NCBI GenBank assembly: GCA_009914755.4
Contig: CP068257.2
Coordinates: 1,920,001-1,984,000 of the forward strand
Direction: 5' to 3'
Length of the DNA stretch: 64,000 nucleotides
From: the human T2T-CHM13v2.0 reference genome, Homo sapiens
Of this stretch, positions 1-16,400 are shown one piece after another; the first letter of the stretch is position 1; every line of letters starts with the position of its first letter. The notes beneath the pieces were generated by a model, which worked only from the letters and a program-made list of their open reading frames with translations, did no database searches and was not told the origin of the DNA. Both the position numbers and the translations under genes were made by a program.

Positions 1-1434
1 TACATAAAATATCAAAGTACCCCAAATATATATTATATACTCTACAAGAAATATCAAAGTTCACAAACTATATATTATATACTGTACATAAAATATCAAA
101 GTACCCAAGGTATATATTCTATAATGTACAAAAAATATCAAAGTACCCAAAGCGTGTATTATATACTGTATATAAAATGTGAAATTACATCAGATATATA
201 TTTTATTCTGTACATAAAATATCAAAGTACACCAGATATATATTCTATAGTGTACATAAAATATCAAAGAACCCAAACTATACATTATATACTGTACATA
301 AAATATGAAATTACATCAAATATATATTATATTAGGTACATAAAATATGAAAGTACATCAAATATAGATTATATACTGTACATTAAATACCAAAGTACCC
401 CAAATATATATTTTATACTCTACATGAAATATCAAAGTTCACAAACTATATATTATATACTGTACATAAAATATCAAAGTACCCAAGGTATATATTCTAT
501 ACTGTAAAAAAATATCAAAGTACCCAAAGCATGTATTATATACTGTACCTAAAATATGAAAGTACATCAAATATATATTTTATTCTGTACATAAAATATC
601 AAAGTACACCAGATATATATTCTATAGTGTAAATAAAATATCAAAGTACCCAAACTATACATTATATACTGTACATAAAATATGAAATTACATCAAATAT
701 ATATTATATTAGGTTCATAAAATATGAAAGTACATCAAATATAGATTATATACTGTACACTAAATACCTAAGTACCCCAAATATATATTTTATACTGTAC
801 ATGAAATATCAAAGTTCACAAACTATATATTATATACTGTACATAAAATATCAAAGTACCCAACGTATATATTCTATACTGTACAAAAAATATCAAAGTA
901 CCCAAATCATGTATTATATACTGTACCTAAAATATGAAAGTACATCAAATATATATTTTATTCTGTACATAAAATATCAAAGTACACCAGATATATATTC
1001 TATAGTGTACATAAAATATCAAAGTACCCAAACTATACATTATATACTGTACATAAAATATGAAATTACATCAAATATATATTATATTAGGTACATAAAA
1101 TATGAAAGTACATCAAATATAGATTATATACTGTACATAAAATATCAAAGTACCCCAAATATATATTATATACTCTACATGAAATATCAAAGTTCACAAA
1201 CCATATATTATATACTGTACATAAAATAAAGTACCCAAGGTATATATTCTATACTGTAGAAAAAATATCAAAGGACCCAAAGCATGTATTATATACTGTA
1301 TATAAAATATGAGAGTACATCAAATATATAATTTATTCTGTACATATAATATCAAAGTACACCAGACATATATTCTATAGTGTACATAAAATAACAAAGT
1401 ACAAAAACTATAAATTATATACTGTACATAAAAT

Positions 1435-4400
1435 ATGAAATTACATCTAATATATATTAGGTACATAAAATATGAAAGTACATCAAATATAGATTATATA
1501 CTGTACATAAAATTTCAATGTACCCCAAATATATATTTTATACTCTACGTGAAATATCAAAGTTCACAAACCATATATTGTATACTGTACATAAAATATC
1601 AAAGTACCCAAGGTATATGTTCTATACTGTACAAAAAATATCAAAGTACCCAAAGCATGTATTATATACTGTACATAAAATATGAAAGTACATCATATAT
1701 ATATTTAATTCCGTACATAAAATATCAAAGTACACCAGATATATATTCTATTGTGTACATAAAATATCAAAGTACACAAACTATACATTATATACTGTAC
1801 ATAAAATATGAAATTACATCAAATATATATTATATAAGGTACATAAAATATGAAAGTACATCAAATATAGATTATATACTGTACAATAAATACCAAAGAA
1901 CCCCAAATATATATTATATACTGTACATTAAATACCAAAGATCCCCAAATATATATTATATACTCTACATGAAATATCAAAGTTCACAAACAATATATTA
2001 TATACTGTACATAAAATATCAAAGAACCCAAGGTATATATTCTATACTGTACAAAAAATATCAAAGTACCCAAAGCATGTATTATATACTGTATATAAAA
2101 TATGAAAGTACATCAAATATATATTTTATTCTGTACATAAAATATCAAAGTACACCAGATATATATTCTATAGTGTACATAAAATAACAAAGTACAAAAA
2201 CTATAAATTATATACTGTACATAAAATATGAAATTACATCAAATATATATTAGTTACATAAAATATGAAAGTACATCAAATATAGATTATATACTGTACA
2301 TAAAATATGAATGTACCCCAAATATATATTTTATACTCGACATGAAATATCAAAGTTCACAAACCATATAATGTATACTATACATAAAATATCAAAGTAC
2401 CCAAGGTATATATTCTATACTGTACAAAAAATATCAAAGTACCCAAAGCATGTATTATATACTGTACATAAAATATGAAAGTACATCAAATATATATTTT
2501 ATTCTGTACATAAAATATCAAAGTACACCAGATATATATTCTATAGTGTACATAAAATATCAAAGTACCCAAACTATACATTATATACTGTACATAAAAT
2601 ATGAAATTACCTCAAATATATATTATATTAGGTACATAAAATATGAAAGTACATCAAATATAGATTATATACTGTACATTAAATACCAAAGTACCCCAAA
2701 TATATATTTTATAGTGTACATGAAATATCACAGTTCACAAACTATATATTATATACTGTACATATAATATCAAAGTACCCAAGGTATATATTCTATACTG
2801 TACAAAAAATATCAAAGTACCCAAAGCATGTATTATATACAGTACATAAAATATGAAAGTACATCAAATATATATTTTATTCTGTACATAAAATATCAAA
2901 GTACACCAGATATATATTCTATAGTGTACATAAAATAACAAAGTACACAAACTATAAATTATATACTGTACATAAAATATGAAATTACATCAAATATATA
3001 TTAGGTATATAAATTATGAAAGTACATCAAATATAGATTTTATACTGTACATAAAATATCAATGTACCCCAAATATATATTTTATACTCTACATGAAATA
3101 CCAAAGTTCACAAACCATATATTATATACTGTACATAAAATATCAAAGTACCCAAGGTATATATTCTATACTGTACAAAAAATATCAAAGTACCCAAAGC
3201 ATGTATTATATACTGTACATAAAATATGAAAGTACATCAAATATGTATTTTATTCTGTACATAAAATATCAAAGTACACCAGATATATATTCTATAGTGT
3301 ACATAAAATATCAAAGTACCCAAACTATACATTATATACTGTACATAAAATATGAAATTACATCAAATATATATTATATTAGGTACATAAAATATGAAAG
3401 TACATCAAATATAGATTATATACTGTACATAAAATATCAAAGTACCCCAAATATATATTATATACTCTACATGAAATATCAAAGTTCACAAACTATATAT
3501 TATATACTGTACATAAAATATCAAAGTACCCAAGGTATATATTCTATAATGTACAAAAAATATCAAAGTACCCAAAGCGTGTATTATATACTGTATATAA
3601 AATGTGAAATTACATCAGATATATATTTTATTCTGTACATAAAATATCAAAGTACACCAGATATATATTCTATAGTGTACATAAAATATCAAAGTACCCA
3701 AACTATACATTATATACTGTACATAAAATATGAAATTACATCAAATATATATTATATTAGGTACATAAAATATGAAAGTACACCAAATATAGATTATATA
3801 CTGTACATTAAATACCAAAGTACCCCAAATCTATATTTTATACTGTACATGAAATATCAAAGTTCACAAACTGTATATTATATACTGTACATAAAATATC
3901 AAAGTACCCAAGGTATATATTCTATACTGTACAAAAAATATCAAAGTAACCAAAGCATGTATTATATACTGTACCTAAAATATGAAAGTTCATCAAATAT
4001 ATATTTTATTCTGTACATAAAATATCAAAGTACACTAGATATATATTCTATAGTGTACATAAAATACCAAAGTACCCAAACTATACATTATATACTGTAC
4101 ATAAAATATGAAATGACATCAAATATATATTATCTTAGGTATATAAAATATGAAAGTACATCAAATATAGATTATACACTGTACATAAAATATCAAAGTA
4201 CCCCAAATATATATTATATACTCTACATGAAATATCAAAGTTCACAAACTATATATTATATACTGTACATAAAATATCAAAGTACCCAAGGTATATATTC
4301 TATACTGTAAAAAAATATCAAAGTACCCAAAGCATGTATTATATACTGTACCTAAAATATGAAAGTACATCAAATATATATTTTATTCTGTACATAAAAT

Positions 4401-7400
4401 ATCAAAGTACACCAGATATATATTCTATAGTGTAAATAAAATATCAAAGTACCCAAACTATACATTATATACTGTACATAAAATATGAAATTACATCAAA
4501 TATATATTATATTAGGTTCATAAAATATGAAAGTACATCAAATATAGATTATATACTGTACACTAAATACCTAAGTACCCCAAATATATATTTTATACTG
4601 TACATGAAATATCAAAGTTCACAAACTATATATTATATACTGTACATAAAATATCAAAGTACCCAACGTATATATTCTATACTGTACAAAAAATATCAAA
4701 GTACCCAAATCATGTATTATATACTGTACCTAAAATATGAAAGTACATCAAATATATATTTTATTCTGTACATAAAATATCAAAGTACACCAGATATATA
4801 TTCTATAGTGTACATAAAATATCAAAGTACCCAAACTATACATTATATACTGTACATAAAATATGAAATTACATAAAATATATATTATATTAGGTACATA
4901 AAATATGAAAGTACATCAAATATAGATTATATACTGTACATAAAATATCAAAGTACCCCAAATATATATTATATACTCTACATGAAATATCAAAGTTCAC
5001 AAACCATATATTATATACTGTACATAAAATAAAGTACCCAAGGTATATATTCTATACTGTAGAAAAAATATCAAAGGACCCAAAGCATGTATTATATACT
5101 GTATATAAAATATGAAAGTACATCAAATATATAATTTATTCTGTACATATAATATCAAAGTACACCAGACATATATTCTATAGTGTACATAAAATAACAA
5201 AGTACAAAAACTATAAATTATATACTGTACATAAAATATGAAATTACATCTAATATATATTAGGTACATAAAATATGAAAGTACATCAAATATAGATTAT
5301 ATACTGTACATAAAATTTCAATGTACCCCAAATATATATTTTATACTCTACGTGAAATATCAAAGTTCACAAACCATATATTGTATACTGTACATAAAAT
5401 ATCAAAGTACCCAAGGTATATGTTCTATACTGTACAAAAAATATCAAAGTACCCAAAGCATGTATTATATACTGTACATAAAATATGAAAGTACATCATA
5501 TATATATTTAATTCCGTACATAAAATATCAAAGTACACCAGATATATATTCTATTGTGTACATAAAATATCAAAGTACACAAACTATACATTATATACTG
5601 TACATAAAATATGAAATTACATCAAATATATATTATATAAGGTACATAAAATATGAAAGTACATCAAATATAGATTATATACTGTACAATAAATACCAAA
5701 GAACCCCAAATATATATTATATACTGTACATTAAATACCAAAGATCCCCAAATATATATTATATACTCTACATGAAATATCAAAGTTCACAAACAATATA
5801 TTATATACTGTACATAAAATATCAAAGAACCCAAGGTATATATTCTATACTGTACAAAAAATATCAAAGTACCCAAAGCATGTATTATATACTGTATATA
5901 AAATATGAAAGTACATCAAATATATATTTTATTCTGTACATAAAATATCAAAGTACACCAGATATATATTCTATAGTGTACATAAAATAACAAAGTACAA
6001 AAACTATAAATTATATACTGTACATAAAATATGAAATTACATCAAATATATATTAGTTACATAAAATATGAAAGTACATCAAATATAGATTATATACTGT
6101 ACATAAAATATGAATGTACCCCAAATATATATTTTATACTCGACATGAAATATCAAAGTTCACAAACCATATAATATATACTATACATAAAATATCAAAG
6201 TACCCAAGGTATATATTCTATACTGTACAAAAAATATCAAAGTACCCAAAGCATGTATTATATACTGTACATAAAATATGAAAGTACATCAAATATATAT
6301 TTTATTCTGTACATAAAATATCAAAGTACACCAGATATATATTCTATAGTGTACATAAAATATCAAAGTACCCAAACTATACATTATATACTGTACATAA
6401 AATATGAAATTACCTCAAATATATATTATATTAGGTACATAAAATATGAAAGTACATCAAATATAGATTATATACTGTACATTAAATACCAAAGTACCCC
6501 AAATATATATTTTATAGTGTACATGAAATATCACAGTTCACAAACTATATATTATATACTGTACATATAATATCAAAGTACCCAAGGTATATATTCTATA
6601 CTGTACAAAAAATATCAAAGTACCCAAAGCATGTATTATATACAGTACATAAAATATGAAAGTACATCAAATATATATTTTATTCTGTACATAAAATATC
6701 AAAGTACACCAGATATATATTCTATAGTGTACATAAAATAACAAAGTACACAAACTATAAATTATATACTGTACATAAAATATGAAATTACATCAAATAT
6801 ATATTAGGTATATAAATTATGAAAGTACATCAAATATAGATTTTATACTGTACATAAAATATCAATGTACCCCAAATATATATTTTATACTCTACATGAA
6901 ATACCAAAGTTCACAAACCATATATTATATACTGTACATAAAATATCAAAGTACCCAAGGTATATATTCTATACTGTACAAAAAATATCAAAGTACCCAA
7001 AGCATGTATTATATACTGTACATAAAATATGAAAGTACATCAAATATGTATTTTATTCTGTACATAAAATATCAAAGTACACCAGATATATATTCTATAG
7101 TGTACATAAAATATCAAAGTACCCAAACTATACATTATATACTGTACATAAAATATGAAATTACATCAAATATATATTATATTAGGTACATAAAATATGA
7201 AAGTACATCAAATATAGATTATATACTGTACATAAAATATCAAAGTACCCCAAATATATATTATATACTCTACATGAAATATCAAAGTTCACAAACTATA
7301 TATTATATACTGTACATAAAATATCAAAGTACCCAAGGTATATATTCTATAATGTACAAAAAATATCAAAGTACCCAAAGCGTGTATTATATACTGTATA

Positions 7401-10400
7401 TAAAATGTGAAATTACATCAGATATATATTTTATTCTGTACATAAAATATCAAAGTACACCAGATATATATTCTATAGTGTACATAAAATATCAAAGTAC
7501 CCAAACTATACATTATATACTGTACATAAAATATGAAATTACATCAAATATATATTATATTAGGTACATAAAATATGAAAGTACACCAAATATAGATTAT
7601 ATACTGTACATTAAATACCAAAGTACCCCAAATCTATATTTTATACTGTACATGAAATATCAAAGTTCACAAACTGTATATTATATACTGTACATAAAAT
7701 ATCAAAGTACCCAAGGTATATATTCTATACTGTACAAAAAATATCAAAGTAACCAAAGCATGTATTATATACTGTACCTAAAATATGAAAGTTCATCAAA
7801 TATATATTTTATTCTGTACATAAAATATCAAAGTACACTAGATATATATTCTATAGTGTACATAAAATACCAAAGTACCCAAACTATACATTATATACTG
7901 TACATAAAATATGAAATGACATCAAATATATATTATCTTAGGTATATAAAATATGAAAGTACATCAAATATAGATTATACACTGTACATAAAATATCAAA
8001 GTACCCCAAATATATATTATATACTCTACATGAAATATCAAAGTTCACAAACTTTATATTATATACTGTACATAAAATAAAGTCCCCAAGGTATATATTC
8101 TATACTGTAGAAAAAATATCAAAGTACCCAAAGCATGTATTATATACTGTATATAAAATATGAAAGTACATCAAATATATATTTTATTCTGTACATAATA
8201 TATCAAAGTACACCAGATATATATTCTATAGTGTACATAAAATAACAAAGTACAAAAACTATAAATTATATACTGTACATAAAATATGGTATTACATCAA
8301 ATATATATTAGCTACATAAAATATGAAAGTACATCAAATATAGATTATATACTGTACATAAAATTTCAATGTACCCCAAATATATATTTTATACTCTACA
8401 TGAAATATCAAAGTTCACAAACCATATATTATATACTGTACATAAAATATCAAAGTACCCAAGGTATATATTCTATACTATACAAAAAATATCAAAGTAC
8501 CCAAAGCATGTATTATATACTGTACCTAAAATATGAAAGTACATCAAATATATATTTTATTCTGTACATAAAATATCAAAGTACACCAGATATACATTCT
8601 ATAGTGTACATAAAATATCAAAGTACCCAAACTATACATTATATACTGTACATAAAATATGAAATTACATCAAATATATTTTATATTAGGTACATAAAAT
8701 ATGAAAGTACATCAAATATAGATTATATACTGTACATTAAATACCAAAGTACCCCAAATATATATTTTATACTGTACATGAAATATCAAAGTTCACAAAC
8801 TATATATTATATACTGTACATATAATATCAAAGTACCCAAGGTATATATTCTATACTGTACAAAAAATAACAAAGTACCAAAAGCATGTATAATATACTG
8901 TACATAAAATATGAAAGTACATCAAATATATATTTTATTCTGTACATAAAATATCAAAGTACACCAGATATATATTCTATAGTGTACATAAAATATCAAA
9001 GTACCCAAACTATACATTATATACTGTACATAAAATATGAAATTACATCAAATATATATTATATTAGGTACATAAAATATGAAAGTACATCAAATATAGA
9101 TTATATACTGTACATTAAATACCAAAGTACCCCAAATATATATTTTATACTGTACATGAAATATCAAAGTTCACAAACTATATATTATATACTGTACATA
9201 AATTATCAAAGTACCCAAGGTATATATTCTATACTGTACAAAAAATATCAAAGTACCCAAAGCATGTATTATATACTGTACATAAAATATGAAAGTACAT
9301 CAAATATATATTTTATTCTGTACATAATATATCAAAGTACACCAGATATATATTCTATAGTGTACATAAAATAACAAAGAACACAAACTATACATTATAT
9401 ACTGTACATAAAATATGAAATTACATCAAATATATATTAGGTGCATAAAATATGAAAGTACATCAAATATAGATTATATACTGTACATAAAATATCAATG
9501 TACCCCAAATATATATTTTATACTATATATGAAATATCAAAGTTCACAAACCATATATTGTATACTGTACATAAAATATCAAAGTACCCAAGGTATATGT
9601 TCTATACTGTACAAAAAATATCAAAGTACCCAAAGCATGTATTATATACTGTACATAAAATATGAAAGTACATCAAATATATATTTTATTCCGTACATAA
9701 AATATCAAAGTACACCAGATATATATTCTATAGTGTACATAAAATATCAAAGTACACAAACTATACATTATATACTGTACATAAAATATGAAATTACATC
9801 AAATATATATTATATAAGGTACATAAAATATGAAAGTACATCAAATATAGATTATATACTGTACAATAAATACCAAAGAACCCCAAATATATATTATATA
9901 CTGTACATTAAATACCAAAGAACCCAAAATATATATTATATACTCTACATGAAATATCAAAGTTCACAAACTATATATTATATACTGTACATATAATATC
10001 AAAGTACCCAAGGTATATATTCTATACTGTACAAAAAATATCAAAGTACCCAAAGCATGTATTATATACAGTACATAAAATATGAAAGTACATCAAATAT
10101 ATATTTTATTCTGTACATAAAATATCAAAGTACACCAGATATATATTCTATAGTGTACATAAAATAACAAAGTACACAAACTATACATTATATACTGTAC
10201 ATAAAATATGAAATTACATCAAATATATATTAGGTACATAAAATATGAAAGTACATCAAATATAGATTATATACTGTACATGAAATATCAAAGTACCCCA
10301 ATATATATTTTATACTCTACATGAAATACCAAAGTTCACAAACCATATATTATATACTGTACATAAAATATCAAAGTACCCAAGGTATATATTCTATACT

Positions 10401-13400
10401 GTACAAAAAATATCAAAGTACCCAAAGCATGTATTATATACTGTACATAAAATATGAAAGTACATCAAATATGTATTTTATTCTGTACATAAAATATCAA
10501 AGTACACCAGATATATATTCTATAGTGTACATAAAATATCAAAGTACCCAAACTATACATTATATACTGTACATAAAATATGAAATTACATCAAATATAT
10601 ATTATATTAGGTACATAAAATATGAAAGTACATCAAATATAGATTATATACTGTACATAAAATATCAAAGTACCCCAAATATATATTATATACTCTACAA
10701 GAAATATCAAAGTTCACAAACTATATATTATATACTGTACATAAAATATCAAAGTACCCAAGGTATATATTCTATAATGTACAAAAAATATCAAAGTACC
10801 CAAAGCGTGTATTATATACTGTATATAAAATGTGAAATTACATCAGATATATATTTTATTCTGTACATAAAATATCAAAGTACACCAGATATATATTCTA
10901 TAGTGTACATAAAATATCAAAGAACCCAAACTATACATTATATACTGTACATAAAATATGAAATTACATCAAATATATATTATATTAGGTACATAAAATA
11001 TGAAAGTACATCAAATATAGATTATATACTGTACATTAAATACCAAAGTACCCCAAATATATATTTTATACTCTACATGAAATATCAAAGTTCACAAACT
11101 ATATATTATATACTGTACATAAAATATCAAAGTACCCAAGGTATATATTCTATACTGTAAAAAAATATCAAAGTACCCAAAGCATGTATTATATACTGTA
11201 CCTAAAATATGAAAGTACATCAAATATATATTTTATTCTGTACATAAAATATCAAAGTACACCAGATATATATTCTATAGTGTAAATAAAATATCAAAGT
11301 ACCCAAACTATACATTATATACTGTACATAAAATATGAAATTACATCAAATATATATTATATTAGGTACATAAAATATGAAAGTACATCAAATATAGATT
11401 ATACACTGTACATAAAATATCAAAGTACCCCAAATATATATTATATACTCTACATGAAATATCAAAGTTCACAAACTATATATTATATACTGTACATAAA
11501 ATAAAGTCCCCAAGGTATATATTCTATACTGTAGAAAAAATATCAAAGTACCCAAAGCATGTATTATATACTGTATATAAAATATGAAAGTACATCAAAT
11601 ATATATTTTATTCTGTACATAATATATCAAAGTACACCAGATATATATTCTATAGTGTACATAAAATAACAAAGTACAAAAACTATAAATTATATACTGT
11701 ACATAAAATATGGAATTACATCAAATATATATTAGGTACATAAAATATGAAAGTACATCAAATATAGATTATATACTGTACATAAAATTTCAATGTACCC
11801 CAAATATATATTTTATACTCTACATGAAATATCAAAGTTCACAAACCATATATTATATACTTTACATAAAATATCAAAGTACCCAAGGTATATATTCTAT
11901 ACTATACAAAAAATATCAAAGTAGCAAAGCATGTATTATATACTGTACCTAAAATATGAAAGTACATCAAATATATATTTTATTCTGTACATAAAATATC
12001 AAAGTACACCAGATATATATTCTATAGTGTACATAAAATATCAAAGTACCCAAACTATACATTATATACTGTACATAAAATATGAAATTACATCAAATAT
12101 ATTTTATATTAGGTACATAAAATATGAAAGTACATCAAATATAGATTATATACTGTACATTAAATACCAAAGTACCACAAATATATATTTTATACTGTAC
12201 ATGAAATATCAAAGTTCACAAACTATATATTATATACTGTACATATAATATCAAAGTACACAAGGTATATATTCTATACTGTACAAAAAATAACAAAGTA
12301 CCAAAAGCATGTATAATATACTGTACATAAAATATGAAAGTACATCAAATATATATTTTATTCTGTACATAAAATATCAAAGTACACCAGATATATATTC
12401 TATAGTGTACATAAAATATCAAAGTACCCAAACTATACATTATATACTGTAAATAAAATATGAAATTACATCAAATATATTTTATATTAGGTACATAAAA
12501 TATGAAAGTACATCAAATATAGATTATATACTGTACATTAAATACCAAAGTACCCCAAATATATATTTTATACTGTACATGAAATATCAAAGTTCACAAA
12601 CTATATATTATATACTGTACATAAATTATCAAAGTACCCAAGGTATATATTCTATACTGTACAAAAAATATCAAAGTACCCAAAGCATGTATTATATACT
12701 GTACATAAAATATGAAAGTACATCAAATATATATTTTATTCTGTACATAATATATCAAAGTACACCAGATATATATTCTATAGTGTACATAAAATAACAA
12801 AGTACACAAACTATACATTATATACTGTACATAAAATATGAAATTACATCAAATATATATTAGGTACATAAAATATGAAAGTACATCAAATATAGATTAT
12901 ATACTGTACATAAAATATCAATGTACCCCAAATATATATTTTATACTATACATGAAATATCAAAGTTCACAAACCATATATTGTATACTGTACATAAAAT
13001 ATCAAAGTACCCAAGGTATATGTTCTATACTGTACAAAAAATATCAAAGTACCCAAAGCATATATTATATACTGTACATAAAATATGAAAGTACATCAAA
13101 TATATATTTTATTCCGTACATAAAAGATCAAAGTACACCAGATATATATTCTATAGTGTACATAAAATATCAAAGTACACAAACTATACATTATATACTG
13201 TACATAAAATATGAAATTACATCAAATATATATTATATTAGGTACATAAAATATGAAAGTACATCAAATATAGATTATATACTGTACATTAAATACCAAA
13301 GAACCCCAAATATATATTATATACTCTACATGAAATATCAAAGTTCACAAACTATATATTATATACTGTACATAAAATATCAAAGTACACAAGGTATATA

Positions 13401-16400
13401 TTCTATACTGTACAAAAAATATCAAAGTACCCAAAGCATGTATTATATACTGTATATAAAATATGAAAGTACATCAAATATATATTTTATTCTGTACATA
13501 AAATATCAAAGTACACCAGATATATATTCTATAGTGTACATAAAATAACAAAGTACACAAACTATAAATTATATACTGTACATAAAATATGAAATTACAT
13601 CAAATATATATTAGGTACATAAAATATGAAAGTACATCAAATATAGATTATATACTGTACATAAAATATCAATGTACCCCAAATATATATTTTATACTCG
13701 ACATGAAATATCAAAGTTCACAAACCATATAATATATACTGTACATAAAATATCAAAGTACCCAAGGTATATATTCTATACTGTACAAAAAATATCAAAG
13801 TACCCAAAGCATGTATTATATACTGTACCTAAAATATGAAAGTACATCAAATATATATTTTATTCTGTACATAAAATATCAAAGTACACCAGATATATAT
13901 TCTATAGTGTACATAAAATATCAAAGTACCCAAACTATACATTATATACTGTACATAAAATATGAAATTACATCAAATATATATTATATTAGGTACATAA
14001 AATATGAAAGTACATCAAATATAGATTATATACTGTACATTAAATACCAAAGTACCCCAAATATATATTTTATACTGTACATGAAATATCAAAGTTCACA
14101 AACTATATATTATATACTGTACATATAATATCAAAGTACCCAAGGTATATATTCTATACTGTACAAAAAATATCAAAGTACCTAAAGCATGTATTATATA
14201 CAGTACATAAAATATGAAAGTACATCAAATATATATTTTATTCTGTACATAAAATATCAAAGTACACCAGATATATATTCTATAGTGTACATAAAATAAC
14301 AAAGTACACAAACTATAAATTATATACTGTACATAAAATATGAAATTACATCAAATATATATTAGGTACATAAAATATGAAAGTACATCAAATATAGATT
14401 ATATACTGTACATAAAATATCAATGTACCCCAAATATATATTTTATACTCTACATGAAATACCAAAGTTCACAAACCATATATTATATACTGTACATAAA
14501 ATATCAAAGTACCCAAGGTATATATTCTATACTGTACAAAAAATATCAAAGTACCCAAAGCATGTATTATATACTGTACATAAAATATGAAAGTACATCA
14601 AATATATATTTTATTCTGTACATAAAATATCAAAGTACACCAGATATATATTCTATAGTGTACATAAAATATCAAAGTACCCAAACTATACATTATATAC
14701 TGTACATAAAATATGAAATTACATCAAATATATATTATATTAGGTACATAAAATATGAAAGTACATCAAATATAGATTATATACTGTACATTAAATACCA
14801 AAGTACCCCAAATATATATTTTATACTGTACATGAAATATCAAAGTTCACAAACTATATATTATATACTGTACATAAAATATCAAAGTACCCAAGGTATA
14901 TATTCTATACTGTACAAAAAATATCAAAGTACCCAAAGCATGTATTATATACTGTACCTAAAATATGAAAGTACATCAAATATATATTTTATTCTGTACA
15001 TAAATTATCAAAGTACACCAGATATATATTCTATAGTGTACATAAAATATCAAAGTACCCAAACTATACATTATATACTGTACATAAAATATGAAATTAC
15101 ATCAAATATATATTATATTAGGTACATAAAATATGAAAGTACATCAAATATAGATTATACACTGTACATAAAATATCAAAGTACCCCAAATATATATTAT
15201 ATACTCTACATGAAATATCAAAGTTCACAAACTATATATTATATACTGTACATAAAATAAAGTCCCCAAGGTATATATTCTATACTGTAGAAAAAATATC
15301 AAAGTACCCAAAGCATGTATTATATACTGTATATAAAATATGAAATTACATCAAATATATATTTTATTCTGTACATAATATATCAAAGTACACCAGATAT
15401 ATATTCTATAGTGTACATAAAATAACAAAGTACAAAAACTATAAATTATATACTGTACATAAAATATGAAATTACATCAAATATATATTAGGTACATAAA
15501 ATATGAAAGTACATCAAATATAGATTATATACTGTACATAAAATTTCAATGTACCCCAAATATATATTTTATACTCTACATGAAATATCAAAGTTCACAA
15601 ACCATATATTATATACTGTACATAAAATATCAAAGTACCCAAGGTATATATTCTATACTATACAAAAAATATCAAAGTACCCAAAGCATGTATTATATAC
15701 TGTACCTAAAATATGAAAGTACATCGAATATATATTTTATTCTGTACATAAAATATCAAAGTACACCAGATATATATTCTATAGTGTACATAAAATATCA
15801 AAGTACCCAAACTATACATTATATACTGTACATAAAATATGAAATTACATCAAATATATTTTATATTAGGTACATAAAATATGAAAGTACATCAAATATA
15901 GATTATATACTGTACATTAAATACCAAAGTACCCCAAATATATATTTTATACTGTACATGAAATATCAAAGTTCACAAACTATATATTATATACTGTACA
16001 TATAATATCAAAGTACCCAAGGTATATATTCTATACTGTACAAAAAATAACAAAGTACCAAAAGCATGTATAATATACTGTACATAAAATATGAAAGTAC
16101 ATCAAATATATATTTTATTCTGTACATAAAATATCAAAGTACACCAGATATATATTCTATAGTGTACATAAAATATCAAAGTACCCAAACTATACATTAT
16201 ATACTGTAAATAAAATATGAAATTACATCAAATATATTTTATATTAGGTACATAAAATATGAAAGTACATCAAATATAGATTATATACTGTACATTAAAT
16301 ACCAAAGTACCCCAAATATATAATTTACACTGTACATGAAATATCAAAGTTCACAAACTATATATTATATACTGTACATAAATTATCAAAGTACCCAAGG